A stretch of DNA of 36,012 nt from positions 1 through 36,012 of the forward strand of contig CAJWDO010000001.1 of NCBI GenBank assembly GCA_913031555.1, read 5' to 3'. The notes beneath the pieces were generated by a model. The model made no database searches. It had not been told where the DNA came from and saw nothing but the letters and a program-made list of their open reading frames with translations. This document shows, piece after piece, positions 9,746 through 19,924 of the stretch (position 1 is its first letter; every line of letters begins with the position of its first letter). The stretch is from an uncultured Alphaproteobacteria bacterium. GTDB taxonomy: Bacteria > Pseudomonadota > Alphaproteobacteria > Puniceispirillales > Puniceispirillaceae. Both the position numbers and the translations under genes were made by a program.

Positions 9746-10969
9746 TCAATCCTCGGCGTCGAGCCCGAAAGCGGCATGAAGACTGCGCACCGCCAATTCG
9801 GTATATTCGGCTGCGATAAGTACCGAAATCTTGATTTCGGAGGTCGAGATGACCTCAATATTGATTCCACGCTCGGCAAGTGTCTCGAACATTGTCCGGG
9901 CGACCCCCGGCTGTGATCGCATTGCCATCCCGACCACCGAGATCTTGGTGACGTCATCCTTGGCGTCGACCCCGTCAAAGCCAAGTGACCCGCGGCTTGC
10001 CTCGATGATTTCAAGAGCCTTGGCAAGGTCGCCACGCCCGAGCGAGAAAGTGATATCGGTCTTCTGCCCCTCGCTGGCCGCCGTCTGCACGATCATGTCG
10101 ACATTGATGTGGTTTTCAGCAAGCGTGCCGAAAATCGCCGCTGCGATCCCCGGCCTGTCGGGGAGCCCCTGGATGGTAAGCTTGGCCTCGTCCGGGCTAT
10201 AGGCTATGCCACTGATTTTTTCCTGTTCCACGATTGCATCCTCGTTGACGACAAGCGTTCCCGGCGCGTCTGTAAAGCTGGAGCGCACCTGTAGATTGAC
10301 ATTATGGCGCATGGCCATGGCAACAGACCGCGTCTGCAGCACCTTGGCACCGAGTGACGCCATCTCGAGCATCTCCTCGAAGGAGATCTGATCCAGCTTC
10401 TGCGCCCGTGGCGCGATCCGCGGATCGGTCGTGTAGACACCATCGACATCGGTATAGATATCACAACGATCGGCATTCAGAGCCGCCGCCAGCGCCACCG
10501 CCGAGGTGTCGGACCCACCGCGCCCCAGAGTCGAGATACGACCATCCGGTGCCAATCCCTGAAAGCCGGCAACCACGGCCACCTGGCCTGTCGCGAGTCG
10601 CTCACGCATAACGCCGGTATCGATGCTCTGGATCCGCGCGGCACCATGCACCTCGTCTGTATGGACCGGGATCTGCCAGCCAAGCCAGGAGCGGGCATCG
10701 ACGCCCATATTCTGCAGGGCGATGGCCAGCAACCCGACCGTCACCTGCTCGCCTGTGGCGACGATGGCGTCATATTCGCGGGCGTCATGCATCGGCCCGA
10801 TATCTCGCGCCCAGGACACAAGCTGATTTGTCGTGCCGGCCATGGCCGAGACAACGACAGCAACCTGGTTCCCGGATTCGACCTCGGATTTGACGCGTGA
10901 GGCGACATTCCGGATGCGGTCAAGATCCCCTACCGAGGTTCCACCAAATTTTTGAACAATGAGAGCCAT
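9746..10969 (-). CDS. lysC: aspartate kinase
   Basis: [20 protein letters not shown] and [12 protein letters not shown] motifs; two C-terminal ACT domains (STSEIKIS). Confidence 0.97.
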   Translation of the reverse strand: MALIVQKFGGTSVGDLDRIRNVASRVKSEVESGNQVAVVVSAMAGTTNQLVSWARDIGPMHDAREYDAIVATGEQVTVGLLAIALQNMGVDARSWLGWQIPVHTDEVHGAARIQSIDTGVMRERLATGQVAVVAGFQGLAPDGRISTLGRGGSDTSAVALAAALNADRCDIYTDVDGVYTTDPRIAPRAQKLDQISFEEMLEMASLGAKVLQTRSVAMAMRHNVNLQVRSSFTDAPGTLVVNEDAIVEQEKISGIAYSPDEAKLTIQGLPDRPGIAAAIFGTLAENHINVDMIVQTAASEGQKTDITFSLGRGDLAKALEIIEASRGSLGFDGVDAKDDVTKISVVGMAMRSQPGVARTMFETLAERGINIEVISTSEIKISVLIAAEYTELAVRSLHAAFGLDAED

Positions 10970-11010
10970 TTTTGTCTTATGGTTGCCACGACTTATAGAA
11001 AACCGCAGCT

Positions 11011-11039
11011 TTCATAACGATTCCGGCCGGATGGGGCAA
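11011..11039 (-). promoter_or_regulatory. candidate sigma70 promoter of lysC
   Basis: Minus strand TTGCCC-N17-TATGAA. Confidence 0.5.
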
Positions 11040-11043
11040 GCCC

Positions 11044-11778
11044 ATGGACACCACAGCGGACCAAAAAGAAATTGATAATTTCGCGGCCATGTCCGCGCAT
11101 TGGTGGGATGAGAGCGGGCCAATGGCCCCGCTGCATGCCTTTGCGCCGGTGCGAATCGACTATATTCTGGACAGTGTCCGGCGGATCGGCACATCCGGCG
11201 ATGGCAGGCTTGAGGGGCTGCGAATCCTCGATATCGGCTGCGGTGGCGGGATCCTTGCCGAACCGATGGCGCGACTTGGCGGGCAGGTGACAGGCATCGA
11301 CGCCACGCCAGAGGCCATAGAGGCGGCAAAGGCACATGCAAAGACCACCGGCCTCGCAATCGATTACCAATGCACCACCGCCGAGGCTCTGGCCGCGAGC
11401 GGCGCGCAATATGACCTCGTATACGCATCCGAGGTGATCGAGCATGTCACCGACAGGCGGCTGTTCGCCGCCTCGATGGCCACGATGCTGGCACCTGGCG
11501 GCACCGTTGTCATCACCACCATCAACCGCACGCTGGCTTCATTTGCGCTGGCCAAGGTGGCGCTGGAATATGTGCTTCGGACGGTACCGGCAGGAACGCA
11601 TGATCCGGCGCGTTTCGTGCGGCCAGCCGAACTTCGCGACGAATTTGCCGGTGCCGGCATCATGCTTGATGACATGACGGGCTTTGCACCGCTGCCGGCG
11701 CGCAGGATCGGCGGGAACGGGTTCATACGTGTGGGAAGTCTTGCCGTGAATTACGGGGCCAGCGGCACGCATGCCTGA
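11044..11778 (+). CDS. ubiG: ubiquinone biosynthesis O-methyltransferase
   Basis: WWDESGPMAPLH, LDIGCGGGILAE, EVIEHV and GTHD motifs; divergent from lysC. Confidence 0.95.
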   Translation: MDTTADQKEIDNFAAMSAHWWDESGPMAPLHAFAPVRIDYILDSVRRIGTSGDGRLEGLRILDIGCGGGILAEPMARLGGQVTGIDATPEAIEAAKAHAKTTGLAIDYQCTTAEALAASGAQYDLVYASEVIEHVTDRRLFAASMATMLAPGGTVVITTINRTLASFALAKVALEYVLRTVPAGTHDPARFVRPAELRDEFAGAGIMLDDMTGFAPLPARRIGGNGFIRVGSLAVNYGASGTHA

Positions 11779-11802
11779 AGACCGGGTGGTACGTCCCGGC
11801 GT

Positions 11803-12276
11803 CTAATTATCCTTCGACAGCCACGGAATATCCATCACGGTAATGCCTTCCTCGTCGAGCGCCTCGCGCTCTTCTTCCGTGGCCTTGCCATAGATACCTT
11901 CAGCCTCGACCTCGCCATAATGGATCTTGCGGGCCTCCTCGGCGAACTCGTCACCGACATCCCGGCACTCATCCTTGATTTTCGATTGCAGCGCCCGCAT
12001 TTCGGACATCAGGGCGTGCATGCGCCGCGCCGCCTCTTCCGGCAGTGCGGCGGCATTTGGCGGTGCCGGAACATTCGGGGCCTCGGGCGGCGGTGCGGAT
12101 TTGCGGGTTTTCGGGCTGGCAAGGTTGGGCGCCATCAGCGCGCGCCGCACCCCGGCCGTGCCGCAGGAAGGACATGTCAAAAGCCCGGATTCCTGTTGTG
12201 ATTCAAAAGCGGCCGAATCACCGAACCACCCTTCGAATTCGTGGTCTTCCTCGCATATGAGTTGATATTTGATCAT
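11803..12276 (-). CDS. DUF1178 family protein
   Basis: MIKYQLIC...HEFEGWF...CPSCG...ALMAP and VGDEFAEEARKIHYGE. Confidence 0.92.
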   Translation of the reverse strand: MIKYQLICEEDHEFEGWFGDSAAFESQQESGLLTCPSCGTAGVRRALMAPNLASPKTRKSAPPPEAPNVPAPPNAAALPEEAARRMHALMSEMRALQSKIKDECRDVGDEFAEEARKIHYGEVEAEGIYGKATEEEREALDEEGITVMDIPWLSKDN

Positions 12277-12297
12277 CTCTCTCTGCCCTATCCCGGG

Positions 12298-14898
12298 TCA
12301 GCTCAACCGGCCGTGGCAATGTTTGTATTTCTTGCCCGACCCACAGGGGCAGGGCTCGTTACGCGACACCTTGCGCTGGGGCATGGCACGCGGCGCCTGC
12401 GCTCCGGTCGTCGCAACCTCTTCCGGTTCGGGCTGGCGGATTTCTACATGGCTGAGAACCATCGTCACCGTTTCGCGAAGACCGGCAAGAAGCGATTCGA
12501 ACATCGTGAAAGCTTCGCGCTTATATTCGTTCAACGGGTCCTTCTGCGCATAGGCGCGAAGCGAGATGCCCTGACGAAGCTGATCAAGGCTCAGCAGATG
12601 TTCCTTCCATTGCTGGTCAAGCACCTGCAGAAGCAGCGATTTCTCGGCCGTCCGCATGGTCTCGGGCCCGATCCGCACCGCCTTTTCGGCCATATAGCGG
12701 TCCGACATGCCGGTCAGCCGTTCCTCGATCTCGGTCTCGGCGACACCATCCTCGGCGAACCATTCCTCGGCCGGAACCTCGAGCGCCAGCACCTTGGTGG
12801 CGTCGGTTCGCAGCTGTTCAGCATCCCACTGGTCGCTGAATGTTCCCGCCGGCACCGCCCTCTCGACAATCTGCGCCACAGCTTCACGGCGCATCTCCGT
12901 GACCGTGTCCTGAACGTCGCTTGACCGCATGATCTCCTTGCGCTGCTCGAAGATGACGGTTCGCTGGTCATTCATCACATCGTCGAATTTCAAAAGCTGC
13001 TTGCGTATCTCGAAATTGCGCGCCTCGACCTTGGACTGGGCCTTTTCAACAGCCTTGTTGATCCAGGGATGGACGATGGCCTCACCCTCTTCGAGACCAA
13101 GTTTCTGCAACATGCCGTCGAGCTTTTCCGACCCGAAAATCCGCATCAGATCATCCTGCAGCGACAGGAAGAATTTCGACGCGCCGGGGTCGCCCTGACG
13201 GCCGGTTCGGCCACGAAGCTGATTGTCGATACGTCGCGATTCATGGCGTTCGGTGCCAATGACATATAGTCCGCCAGCGGCAAGCGACCGCTCTTTCAGC
13301 ATCGTCACTTCAGCGACAATGGCGTCGTGCTCGGATTCCGACAATTCGCCACCATCGGCCTCGACCTCGAGCCGCATGTCGAGATTGCCGCCAAGCTGGA
13401 TGTCGGTGCCGCGGCCGGCCATGTTGGTGGCGATGGTGACCGCGCCGGGAACGCCGGCCTGGGCGATGATCTTTGCCTCCTCGGCGTGGAAACGCGCATT
13501 CAGCACCTTATGTTCGATCTTGCGACCTTTCAGAACCTCCGAAAGTGCTTCGGATTTCTCGATGCTGACCGTGCCGACAAGCACTGGCTGACCACGCTCG
13601 CGGCAATCGGCGATCAGATCGATGACAGCGTTGTCACGCTCCTCGCTGGTCCGGTAGACCTCGTCATCATGGTCGATCCGCTGCACCTCGACATTGGTCG
13701 GAATGGCGGTGACCTCGAGCTGGTAGATTTCCGAGAATTCGCCAGCCTCGGTCATCGCCGTGCCGGTCATGCCGGAAAGCTTTTCATAGAGGCGGAAATA
13801 GTTCTGGAAGGTGACCGAGGCGACCGTCTGGTTCTCAGCTTGAATTTCGACCCCTTCACGCGCCTCGATAGCCTGATGAAGACCCTCCGAAAAGCGCCGG
13901 CCTTCCATCGCCCGGCCGGTGAATTCATCGATGATCACGATCTGGCCGTTCTTGATCATGTAATGGCTGTCACGCTGGAACAGCTTGTGCGCCCGCAGCG
14001 CCTGGTTCACATGATGCAGCAGGCCGACATTCTCGATGTCATAGAGCGTACCCTCGCCCATCACCTCGGCAGAGCGAAGCAGATCCTCGGCATGTTCGAT
14101 GCCGGCCTCGGTCAGCGCAACCGTGCGCCCCTTCTCGTCAAGATCGTAATCCTCGGGAACAAGGTGCGGGATGGTCTTGTCGGCAACGCCATAATGTTCC
14201 GAGCTGGTTTCGGCAGGGCCGGAGATGATCAGCGGCGTGCGCGCCTCGTCGATCAGGATCGAGTCAACCTCGTCGACGATGGCAAAATGGTGGTCGCGCT
14301 GCACCATGTCCTCGATCCGGAATTTCAGATTGTCGCGAAGATAATCGAACCCGAATTCATTGTTGGTGCCATAGGTAACATCGCATCTGTAAGCGGCGCG
14401 GCGGCCCTCATCCGGCAGATCGCCGGTAATACAGCCGACCGTCATGCCAAGACGTTCATAGACGCGTCCCATCCAGGCGGCGTCGCGCGAGGCCAGATAA
14501 TCGTTCACCGTGACAACATGCACGCCTTTGTCCGGCAGCGCGTTCAGGAACACCGCCAAGGTTGCGACAAGAGTCTTGCCCTCACCGGTCTTCATTTCCG
14601 AAATCTGACCTTTGTGAAGCGCGATGCCGCCCATCAGCTGGACATCGTAATGGCGCTGACCAAGGGCGCGTTTTGCCGCCTCGCGGACCCGCGCAAAGGC
14701 TTCGGGAAGAAGATCATCAAGGTTGCTGCCAGCCTCGAGACGGGCCCGCAACGCGGTCACCGATCCGGCGAGGTCATCATCGCTCAGCGCCGCGATCTCA
14801 TCTTCAAGGGCATTGATTGCCGCCACCTGCGAGGTGAATTTCCTGGTCGCACGGTCGTCACCCGACCCAAAGAGATTTTTCGCCAAAGACCCAAACAT
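12298..14898 (-). CDS. secA: preprotein translocase ATPase SecA
   Basis: [38 protein letters not shown] and a C-terminal SEC-C motif ([17 protein letters not shown]). Start placed at MFGSLAK (14898) rather than the ORF start at 14964. Confidence 0.98.
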   Translation of the reverse strand: MFGSLAKNLFGSGDDRATRKFTSQVAAINALEDEIAALSDDDLAGSVTALRARLEAGSNLDDLLPEAFARVREAAKRALGQRHYDVQLMGGIALHKGQISEMKTGEGKTLVATLAVFLNALPDKGVHVVTVNDYLASRDAAWMGRVYERLGMTVGCITGDLPDEGRRAAYRCDVTYGTNNEFGFDYLRDNLKFRIEDMVQRDHHFAIVDEVDSILIDEARTPLIISGPAETSSEHYGVADKTIPHLVPEDYDLDEKGRTVALTEAGIEHAEDLLRSAEVMGEGTLYDIENVGLLHHVNQALRAHKLFQRDSHYMIKNGQIVIIDEFTGRAMEGRRFSEGLHQAIEAREGVEIQAENQTVASVTFQNYFRLYEKLSGMTGTAMTEAGEFSEIYQLEVTAIPTNVEVQRIDHDDEVYRTSEERDNAVIDLIADCRERGQPVLVGTVSIEKSEALSEVLKGRKIEHKVLNARFHAEEAKIIAQAGVPGAVTIATNMAGRGTDIQLGGNLDMRLEVEADGGELSESEHDAIVAEVTMLKERSLAAGGLYVIGTERHESRRIDNQLRGRTGRQGDPGASKFFLSLQDDLMRIFGSEKLDGMLQKLGLEEGEAIVHPWINKAVEKAQSKVEARNFEIRKQLLKFDDVMNDQRTVIFEQRKEIMRSSDVQDTVTEMRREAVAQIVERAVPAGTFSDQWDAEQLRTDATKVLALEVPAEEWFAEDGVAETEIEERLTGMSDRYMAEKAVRIGPETMRTAEKSLLLQVLDQQWKEHLLSLDQLRQGISLRAYAQKDPLNEYKREAFTMFESLLAGLRETVTMVLSHVEIRQPEPEEVATTGAQAPRAMPQRKVSRNEPCPCGSGKKYKHCHGRLS

Positions 14899-15005
14899 AC
14901 GCTTCCCCGCATCAGATGGACTGTCGGGTGCGTCGCACCCGAACCGACCCGACCCGCCAGCCAACCCGTGTAATCGTGGGTCTGCAAGCGTTTCAAGCTA
15001 GTCCC

Positions 15006-15034
15006 GACATAGTGTGCGCGCCTGTCATTGTCAA
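15006..15034 (-). promoter_or_regulatory. candidate sigma70 promoter of secA
   Basis: Minus strand TTGACA-N17-TATGTC. Confidence 0.6.
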
Positions 15035-15114
15035 TCAAACCGCACCCGTCACAGCCAGATTCGCAGACCCCCGAAAAGCCTTTGAAAGAGGTGCTTTGCC
15101 GCGCATTGCGAGGC

Positions 15115-15143
15115 TTGAATTTGGCCGGCGCTTCGGCAACAAT
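15115..15143 (+). promoter_or_regulatory. candidate promoter of parvulin-argJ-mutT
   Basis: cTTGAAT-N17-AACAAT. Confidence 0.45.
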
Positions 15144-15227
15144 CGCGCAGCATTCAGAACGGCCCTCGCCATCAGCTTCGCACCGCGAGCTGTACGGGCC
15201 AACCGCGTTCATCCGAAAGGACAAGTG

Positions 15228-16097
15228 ATGAAATTCCTTACCTCCCTCGCGACCGCCTTCGCCATTTCCGGCATTGTTTCCGCCACAATATTGTTTGCGC
15301 CGGTCATGACGCAGGCCCAGGAACGTATCGCCGTTGGCACGCTGAACGGAGAGCCAATCTGGCTTGACGAGATCATGGCTGTCGCCCAGACGCTGCCGCC
15401 TGAATATCGCGAGGAAGGGCTTGCCAACCTGTATGCGCAGCTTGTCGATGAGGTGGCTAATTCGCGACTGGCCGCGGCGGCCGGCCGCGAGAGTGGGCTT
15501 GACCGGAACGACGTGGTGGCGAATGCGATGGAACTTGCCGCCAGCCGCGTTCTGGCCGAGGCCTATTTCACCGATCAGGTGTCGGAAATGATCACCGAGG
15601 AGTCGGTGCAGGCGGCCTATGACGCATTTGTTGCCGATACCGGGTCACGCGAAACCGTCACCGCGGCGCACATACTGGTCGAGACCGAGGATGAGGCGAA
15701 GGCACTTATCGCCCAGCTGAATGACGGTGCCGATTTCGCCGATTTGGCGCGTGAGAAATCAACCGGGCCGAGCGGGCCGAATGGCGGCGAACTTGGCAGC
15801 TTCGGCCGTGGGCAGATGGTGCCAGCCTTTGAGAGCGCGGCCTTTGAAATGCCTGTCGGCGGCTATTCAGCTACACCGGTGCAGACGCAGTTTGGCTGGC
15901 ACATCATCAAGGTCAGCGACAAGAGCGTCACCCCGGCCCCAACGCTTGATGAAATGCGAGACCAGCTTGCCAGCAACATGTCGCGGCAGAGCTTTGCACG
16001 CGTTGTCGAGACGCTTCGCTCGGGCGCCAGTGTCGAAGTGCGGCCCTATGATGATGTGCTGACCGAGGCGCAATCAGCGGCCGACGCCAGGCAATGA
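15228..16097 (+). CDS. PpiC/parvulin-type peptidyl-prolyl cis-trans isomerase (exported)
   Basis: HILV, FADLAREKS, GGELGSF...MVPAF and TQFGWHII motifs; signal peptide from ATG 15228 after SD AAAGGA. Confidence 0.93.
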   Translation: MKFLTSLATAFAISGIVSATILFAPVMTQAQERIAVGTLNGEPIWLDEIMAVAQTLPPEYREEGLANLYAQLVDEVANSRLAAAAGRESGLDRNDVVANAMELAASRVLAEAYFTDQVSEMITEESVQAAYDAFVADTGSRETVTAAHILVETEDEAKALIAQLNDGADFADLAREKSTGPSGPNGGELGSFGRGQMVPAFESAAFEMPVGGYSATPVQTQFGWHIIKVSDKSVTPAPTLDEMRDQLASNMSRQSFARVVETLRSGASVEVRPYDDVLTEAQSAADARQ

Positions 16098-17320
16098 CCG
16101 TCTCACCGCTTGCGCCGGAATCCTTCCCGGCGATTCCACCGATTGCCGGATTGACCCTGTCGACCGCGGCATCGGGTCTGAAATATTCCGGCCGTGACGA
16201 CATGCTGCTGATGCGTGTTGGCGAAGGCGCGGCGATCGCCGGCGTCTTCACCCGGTCGGACACGGCGGCAGCCCCGGTGATCTGGTGCCGTGAGGCACTT
16301 GCCGCGAGGCCGGCAGATGCACGCGCCATTCTTGTCAATGCCGGCAACGCGAACGCCTTTACCGGATCGGGCGGCATGGACGCTGTCGAGGAAAGTTGTC
16401 GTGGCATGGCGTCACGTCTTGGCTGCGATTCGGGGCAGGTGCTGATGGCCTCTACCGGCGTCATTGGCGAGCCTCTGGACGTGCCGGTTCTGGCGGCACA
16501 ATTCGATGATCTTGCCAACGGCACAGCGGGCTGGCACGACGCGGCGCGCGCCATCATGACAACCGACACCTTCGCCAAGGGGGCCTGCGCCAGCGTCATG
16601 ATCAATGGCGTTCAGGTCAGGATCGCCGGCATTGCCAAAGGGTCCGGTATGATCGCGCCCGACATGGCGACGATGCTTGGCTTCATCGCCACCGACGCGG
16701 CGGTGCCGCACCATGTTCTGGCGGACCTTCTGGCCGGCGCGACACAACGTAGCTTCAACGCCATCACCGTCGACAGCGACAGCTCGACCAATGACAGCGT
16801 GATGCTGATTGCCACCGGCGCCGCGTCGCATCAGCCTGTCAGCAGCGCCGATGATCCAAGGCTTGATGACTTCCGCGCCGGCCTCGATGCGGTGATGCAG
16901 GATCTGGCGCAGCAGATTGTCCGCGATGGCGAGGGGGCGTCGAAATTCATCACCATCAGCGTGTCCGGTGCGGCAGATGACAACATGGCGCGCCTGATTG
17001 GCATGTCCATCGCCAATTCGCCGCTGGTCAAGACGGCGATTGCCGGCGAGGACGCCAATTGGGGGCGGATCGTGATGGCGGTCGGCAAGGCTGGCGCCGG
17101 GCTGGACCAGTCACGGATCGGCGTGGCGATCGGCGGCATCAGGATCGCCGCCGACGGGGCGCGGGTCGAGGGTTATGACGAAGCACCGGTCGCCTCGCAC
17201 ATGCAGGGCGATATGATCGACATCGAGGTCAGCGTTGGATCCGGTGTCGGCGCGGCGCGGGTCTGGACCTGCGATTTGACCCATGGCTACATCACAATCA
17301 ATGCCGATTACAGAAGCTGA
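16094..17320 (+). CDS. argJ: bifunctional glutamate N-acetyltransferase/amino-acid acetyltransferase
   Basis: NAGNANA, STGVIG, IMTTDT, KGSGMIAPDMATML, RDGEGASK and a C-terminal YITINADYRS. Confidence 0.97.
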   Translation: MTVSPLAPESFPAIPPIAGLTLSTAASGLKYSGRDDMLLMRVGEGAAIAGVFTRSDTAAAPVIWCREALAARPADARAILVNAGNANAFTGSGGMDAVEESCRGMASRLGCDSGQVLMASTGVIGEPLDVPVLAAQFDDLANGTAGWHDAARAIMTTDTFAKGACASVMINGVQVRIAGIAKGSGMIAPDMATMLGFIATDAAVPHHVLADLLAGATQRSFNAITVDSDSSTNDSVMLIATGAASHQPVSSADDPRLDDFRAGLDAVMQDLAQQIVRDGEGASKFITISVSGAADDNMARLIGMSIANSPLVKTAIAGEDANWGRIVMAVGKAGAGLDQSRIGVAIGGIRIAADGARVEGYDEAPVASHMQGDMIDIEVSVGSGVGAARVWTCDLTHGYITINADYRS

Positions 17321-17324
17321 GACG

Positions 17325-17756
17325 ATGCGCAAGGCTGCCAACACCGACGCGGCACGTCAGGTCGTCCTTGTCAGTGCGGCGGCGCTGGTCGATGCAGACG
17401 GGCGGGTTTTGCTGGCACGTCGGCCCGCTGGCAAGTCAATGGCCGGGTTATGGGAATTTCCCGGCGGCAAGATCGAGCCCGGTGAGACGCCCGAGGCGGC
17501 GCTGATCCGCGAACTTGACGAAGAGCTTGGCATCGACACCGCTGAATCCTGCCTTGCGCCGTTGAGTTTCGCCAGCCATGCCTATGATGATTTCCACCTT
17601 CTGATGCTGGTCTATGTGTGCCGCAAATGGAAGGGCACGCCGCGCCAGCTTGAAGGCAATGAGCTTGCCTGGGTGCGACCGGCGCGGCTTCGCGACTATG
17701 ACATGCCGGCAGCCGACCTGCCGCTGATCCCGGTGCTTCAGGATTTGCTGATGTAG
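17325..17756 (+). CDS. mutT: 8-oxo-dGTP diphosphatase (Nudix)
   Basis: WEFPGGKIEPGETPEAALIRELDEELG Nudix box; conserved position after argJ. Confidence 0.9.
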   Translation: MRKAANTDAARQVVLVSAAALVDADGRVLLARRPAGKSMAGLWEFPGGKIEPGETPEAALIRELDEELGIDTAESCLAPLSFASHAYDDFHLLMLVYVCRKWKGTPRQLEGNELAWVRPARLRDYDMPAADLPLIPVLQDLLM

Positions 17757-17772
17757 CCTCCCAGACCCCGGG

Positions 17773-18681
17773 TCACGCCTCGGGGTCCTGTTCGGGCGTG
17801 CCAAGCTCATCGGCAAGCCGGTGCGCCGCGCTGCCGGGGCGAAGTGGCGTCTGCTGGCTTTCATGCGGAGCCCATCCGGTCAACGTGATGATCTCGAAAC
17901 TGGCCGGTATGCGGCCATCCGGCGCGGCAAAGCGCTGCTGATAGATTTCCGCCGCGCGAAGAAAAAGCTGGCGCTGGCCGGGCGTCCGGCTGCGTGCCAG
18001 AAGCGCGTTCTGCTCGCCCATCCCGCGCAGATCGGCCAGCAGCCGGAACATGTCGGGATAGGTGATGGTCAGCCTGTCGGAATCGGCCACCGGCAGCGCC
18101 AACCCGGCCCGGCCAAGCAGCCCGCCGACATCACGGATATCGGCCATCGGCACTGTCCGCGGACTGGCTCCGCCGAATAATTCCTGTTCGGCCTCGAGAA
18201 GCGAGCCACGCAACTCTGTCAGCGTTGTGCCGCCAAGAAGGCTGACAAGGCACAGGCCATCCGGTTTCAGCAGCCGCCGGATCTGCGCCATGACGCCCGG
18301 CAGATCATCAATCCAGTGCAGAAGAAGGCAGGAAAAGACGGCATCGAAACTGCCGGCGGCAAAGGGCAGGCTGTCATATTCGACGGCCAGTGCCGGACCG
18401 GCGGTGCCGGCCATGGCGGCAAATTCCGGGGCCGGGTCGGCCTGGATCACCCGACCGACCTTGCCGGTCGCCGCGAACTCGCGCGTCAGCATGCCGTCAT
18501 GGCATCCAAAATCGAGACACAGCGGAAAATCACGCCGCATCAGCGCCAGCCTGTCGGCCATCCGCAACACCGCCTCGCGCTTCAGAAATTCAAACCCGGC
18601 AAAGCCAGGCGCGGCGCGGGCACGGTTCCGGCGCTGGGCAGCGCTGTCGAAAAAACGCGGGATGGACGGGGCCTCGTTCAT
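17773..18681 (-). CDS. SAM-dependent methyltransferase, BioC/NDUFAF5-like
   Basis: LDFGCHDG, LHWIDDLPG, DLRGMGE and GWAPHESQQTPLRPGSA; divergent from comF. Confidence 0.88.
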   Translation of the reverse strand: MNEAPSIPRFFDSAAQRRNRARAAPGFAGFEFLKREAVLRMADRLALMRRDFPLCLDFGCHDGMLTREFAATGKVGRVIQADPAPEFAAMAGTAGPALAVEYDSLPFAAGSFDAVFSCLLLHWIDDLPGVMAQIRRLLKPDGLCLVSLLGGTTLTELRGSLLEAEQELFGGASPRTVPMADIRDVGGLLGRAGLALPVADSDRLTITYPDMFRLLADLRGMGEQNALLARSRTPGQRQLFLRAAEIYQQRFAAPDGRIPASFEIITLTGWAPHESQQTPLRPGSAAHRLADELGTPEQDPEA

Positions 18682-18769
18682 GATGCGCGCACCATCACCG
18701 ATGGCGGGCCTTCAGGGCAAGCAAAAACACAGCTCACAACAACCCCTGCAGCCGAAAAATCACGGGCCC

Positions 18770-18785
18770 TTAGGGATATATTAAC
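18770..18785 (+). promoter_or_regulatory. CtrA-like box upstream of comF
   Basis: TTAG-ggatata-TTAAC, one mismatch to TTAA-N7-TTAAC. Confidence 0.45.
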
Positions 18786-18791
18786 CGAGGT

Positions 18792-18821
18792 GTGTCTAGG
18801 CTGGAGGTGTCTAGGCTGGAG
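18792..18821 (+). repeat. exact 15-bp tandem duplication containing the comF SD
   Basis: gtgtctaggctggag x2, ending 5 nt before ATG 18827. Confidence 0.9.
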
Positions 18822-18826
18822 ATATT

Positions 18827-19585
18827 ATGGACCGGATCCGGATCAGGCCGGCGGCCTTCACCGCCGCCGCGGGGCGGCTGGCAACCCTGTTGCTGCCGCA
18901 TCAATGCGTCCTGTGCCGGCAATTTGCCGACACGACGGGCCTGTGCGCCACATGCTGGGACGGGCTGACACCGATTGCCGCGCCGCTCTGCGCGCGCTGC
19001 GGCCTGCCGCTTGGCCACACGCTTGCCGACCCGCTATGCGCCGGTTGCTGGACGAAGCCGCCACCACTGGCCGCCATCCGGGCCTGTTTCCACTATGCGG
19101 ACAGCGCGCGCGAGCTGATCCTGCATTACAAGCATGGCGACGGGTTGCAACTGACGCCGCTTCTGGCTCGACTTGGCGCGCGGCTTTTCATCGAACTTGG
19201 CAGCCCGGAGACGCTGGTCATCCCGGTACCGCTTCATCGGCGGCGCTATTTCCGACGACGCTACAATCAGGCGGCGGAATGGGCGCGTCATCTCTGCCGC
19301 TATACCGCGCAGGGTGTCTTCGCCCCGGACATGCTGACCCGGCGGCGGGCGACGCGAAGCCAGGGCGGGCTGAGCCGGCATCAGCGAAAGCGCAATATCG
19401 CCGGCGCCTTTGCCGTACCGCCGCCCACGATTCCGCGCCTTGAAGGAAGACCGGTTCTGATGATCGATGATGTGCTGACGACCGGCGCCACCCTTCATGA
19501 AGCGGCGCGACGTCTAACAGCCGCCGGCAGCGGGCCTGTCTCGGCGTTGGTGCTGGCGCGGGTCACACGACCCTCCCACGCCTAA
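18827..19585 (+). CDS. comF: ComF family protein (zinc finger + phosphoribosyltransferase-like)
   Basis: Four CxxC motifs, IPVPLH...RRYNQA and DDVLTTGAT PRPP-binding motif. Confidence 0.93.
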   Translation: MDRIRIRPAAFTAAAGRLATLLLPHQCVLCRQFADTTGLCATCWDGLTPIAAPLCARCGLPLGHTLADPLCAGCWTKPPPLAAIRACFHYADSARELILHYKHGDGLQLTPLLARLGARLFIELGSPETLVIPVPLHRRRYFRRRYNQAAEWARHLCRYTAQGVFAPDMLTRRRATRSQGGLSRHQRKRNIAGAFAVPPPTIPRLEGRPVLMIDDVLTTGATLHEAARRLTAAGSGPVSALVLARVTRPSHA

Positions 19586-19666
19586 ATGTCCCCACGCTTG
19601 ATTTTCGAGACCAGTCGGCGGATATAAACGCTGGAAAATGCTTATGTGATGAAAGCGGACGTTGAA

Positions 19667-19924
19667 ATGCCAAAGGTCGAAATCTACACCGGAATGATGT
19701 GCGGCTACTGCTCGCGGGCGCTGCGCCTGCTGGACAGCAAGGACGTTGTCTACAAGCAGATTGACGTCTCGATGAGCTCGAATCTTCGCGCCGAAATGCG
19801 CGCGCGCGCCAGCGGCCGCACCTCGGTGCCGCAGATCTTCATCGACGGCACGCATGTTGGCGGATGCCAGGAACTATACGCCCTCGAGGGGGCCGGCAAA
19901 CTCGACGCTATGTTGGCGGCATGA
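19667..19924 (+). CDS. grxC: glutaredoxin 3
   Basis: CGYC active site and TSVPQIFI...HVGGC. Confidence 0.93.
   Translation: MPKVEIYTGMMCGYCSRALRLLDSKDVVYKQIDVSMSSNLRAEMRARASGRTSVPQIFIDGTHVGGCQELYALEGAGKLDAMLAA

Noticed and set aside
13327-14973. 548-aa ORF on the + strand
   Set aside because: Antisense shadow of secA, expected from high-GC codon bias; no recognisable motifs.
14899-15227. N-terminal extensions of secA (14964) and parvulin (14916), or a SecM-like arrest peptide
   Set aside because: The extensions overlap each other and the candidate promoters; better SD-supported starts lie downstream; no arrest motif is seen.
19597-19628. Possible promoter upstream of grxC (TTGATT...TATAAA)
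   Set aside because: The 19-bp spacing fits poorly and I cannot support it without TSS data.
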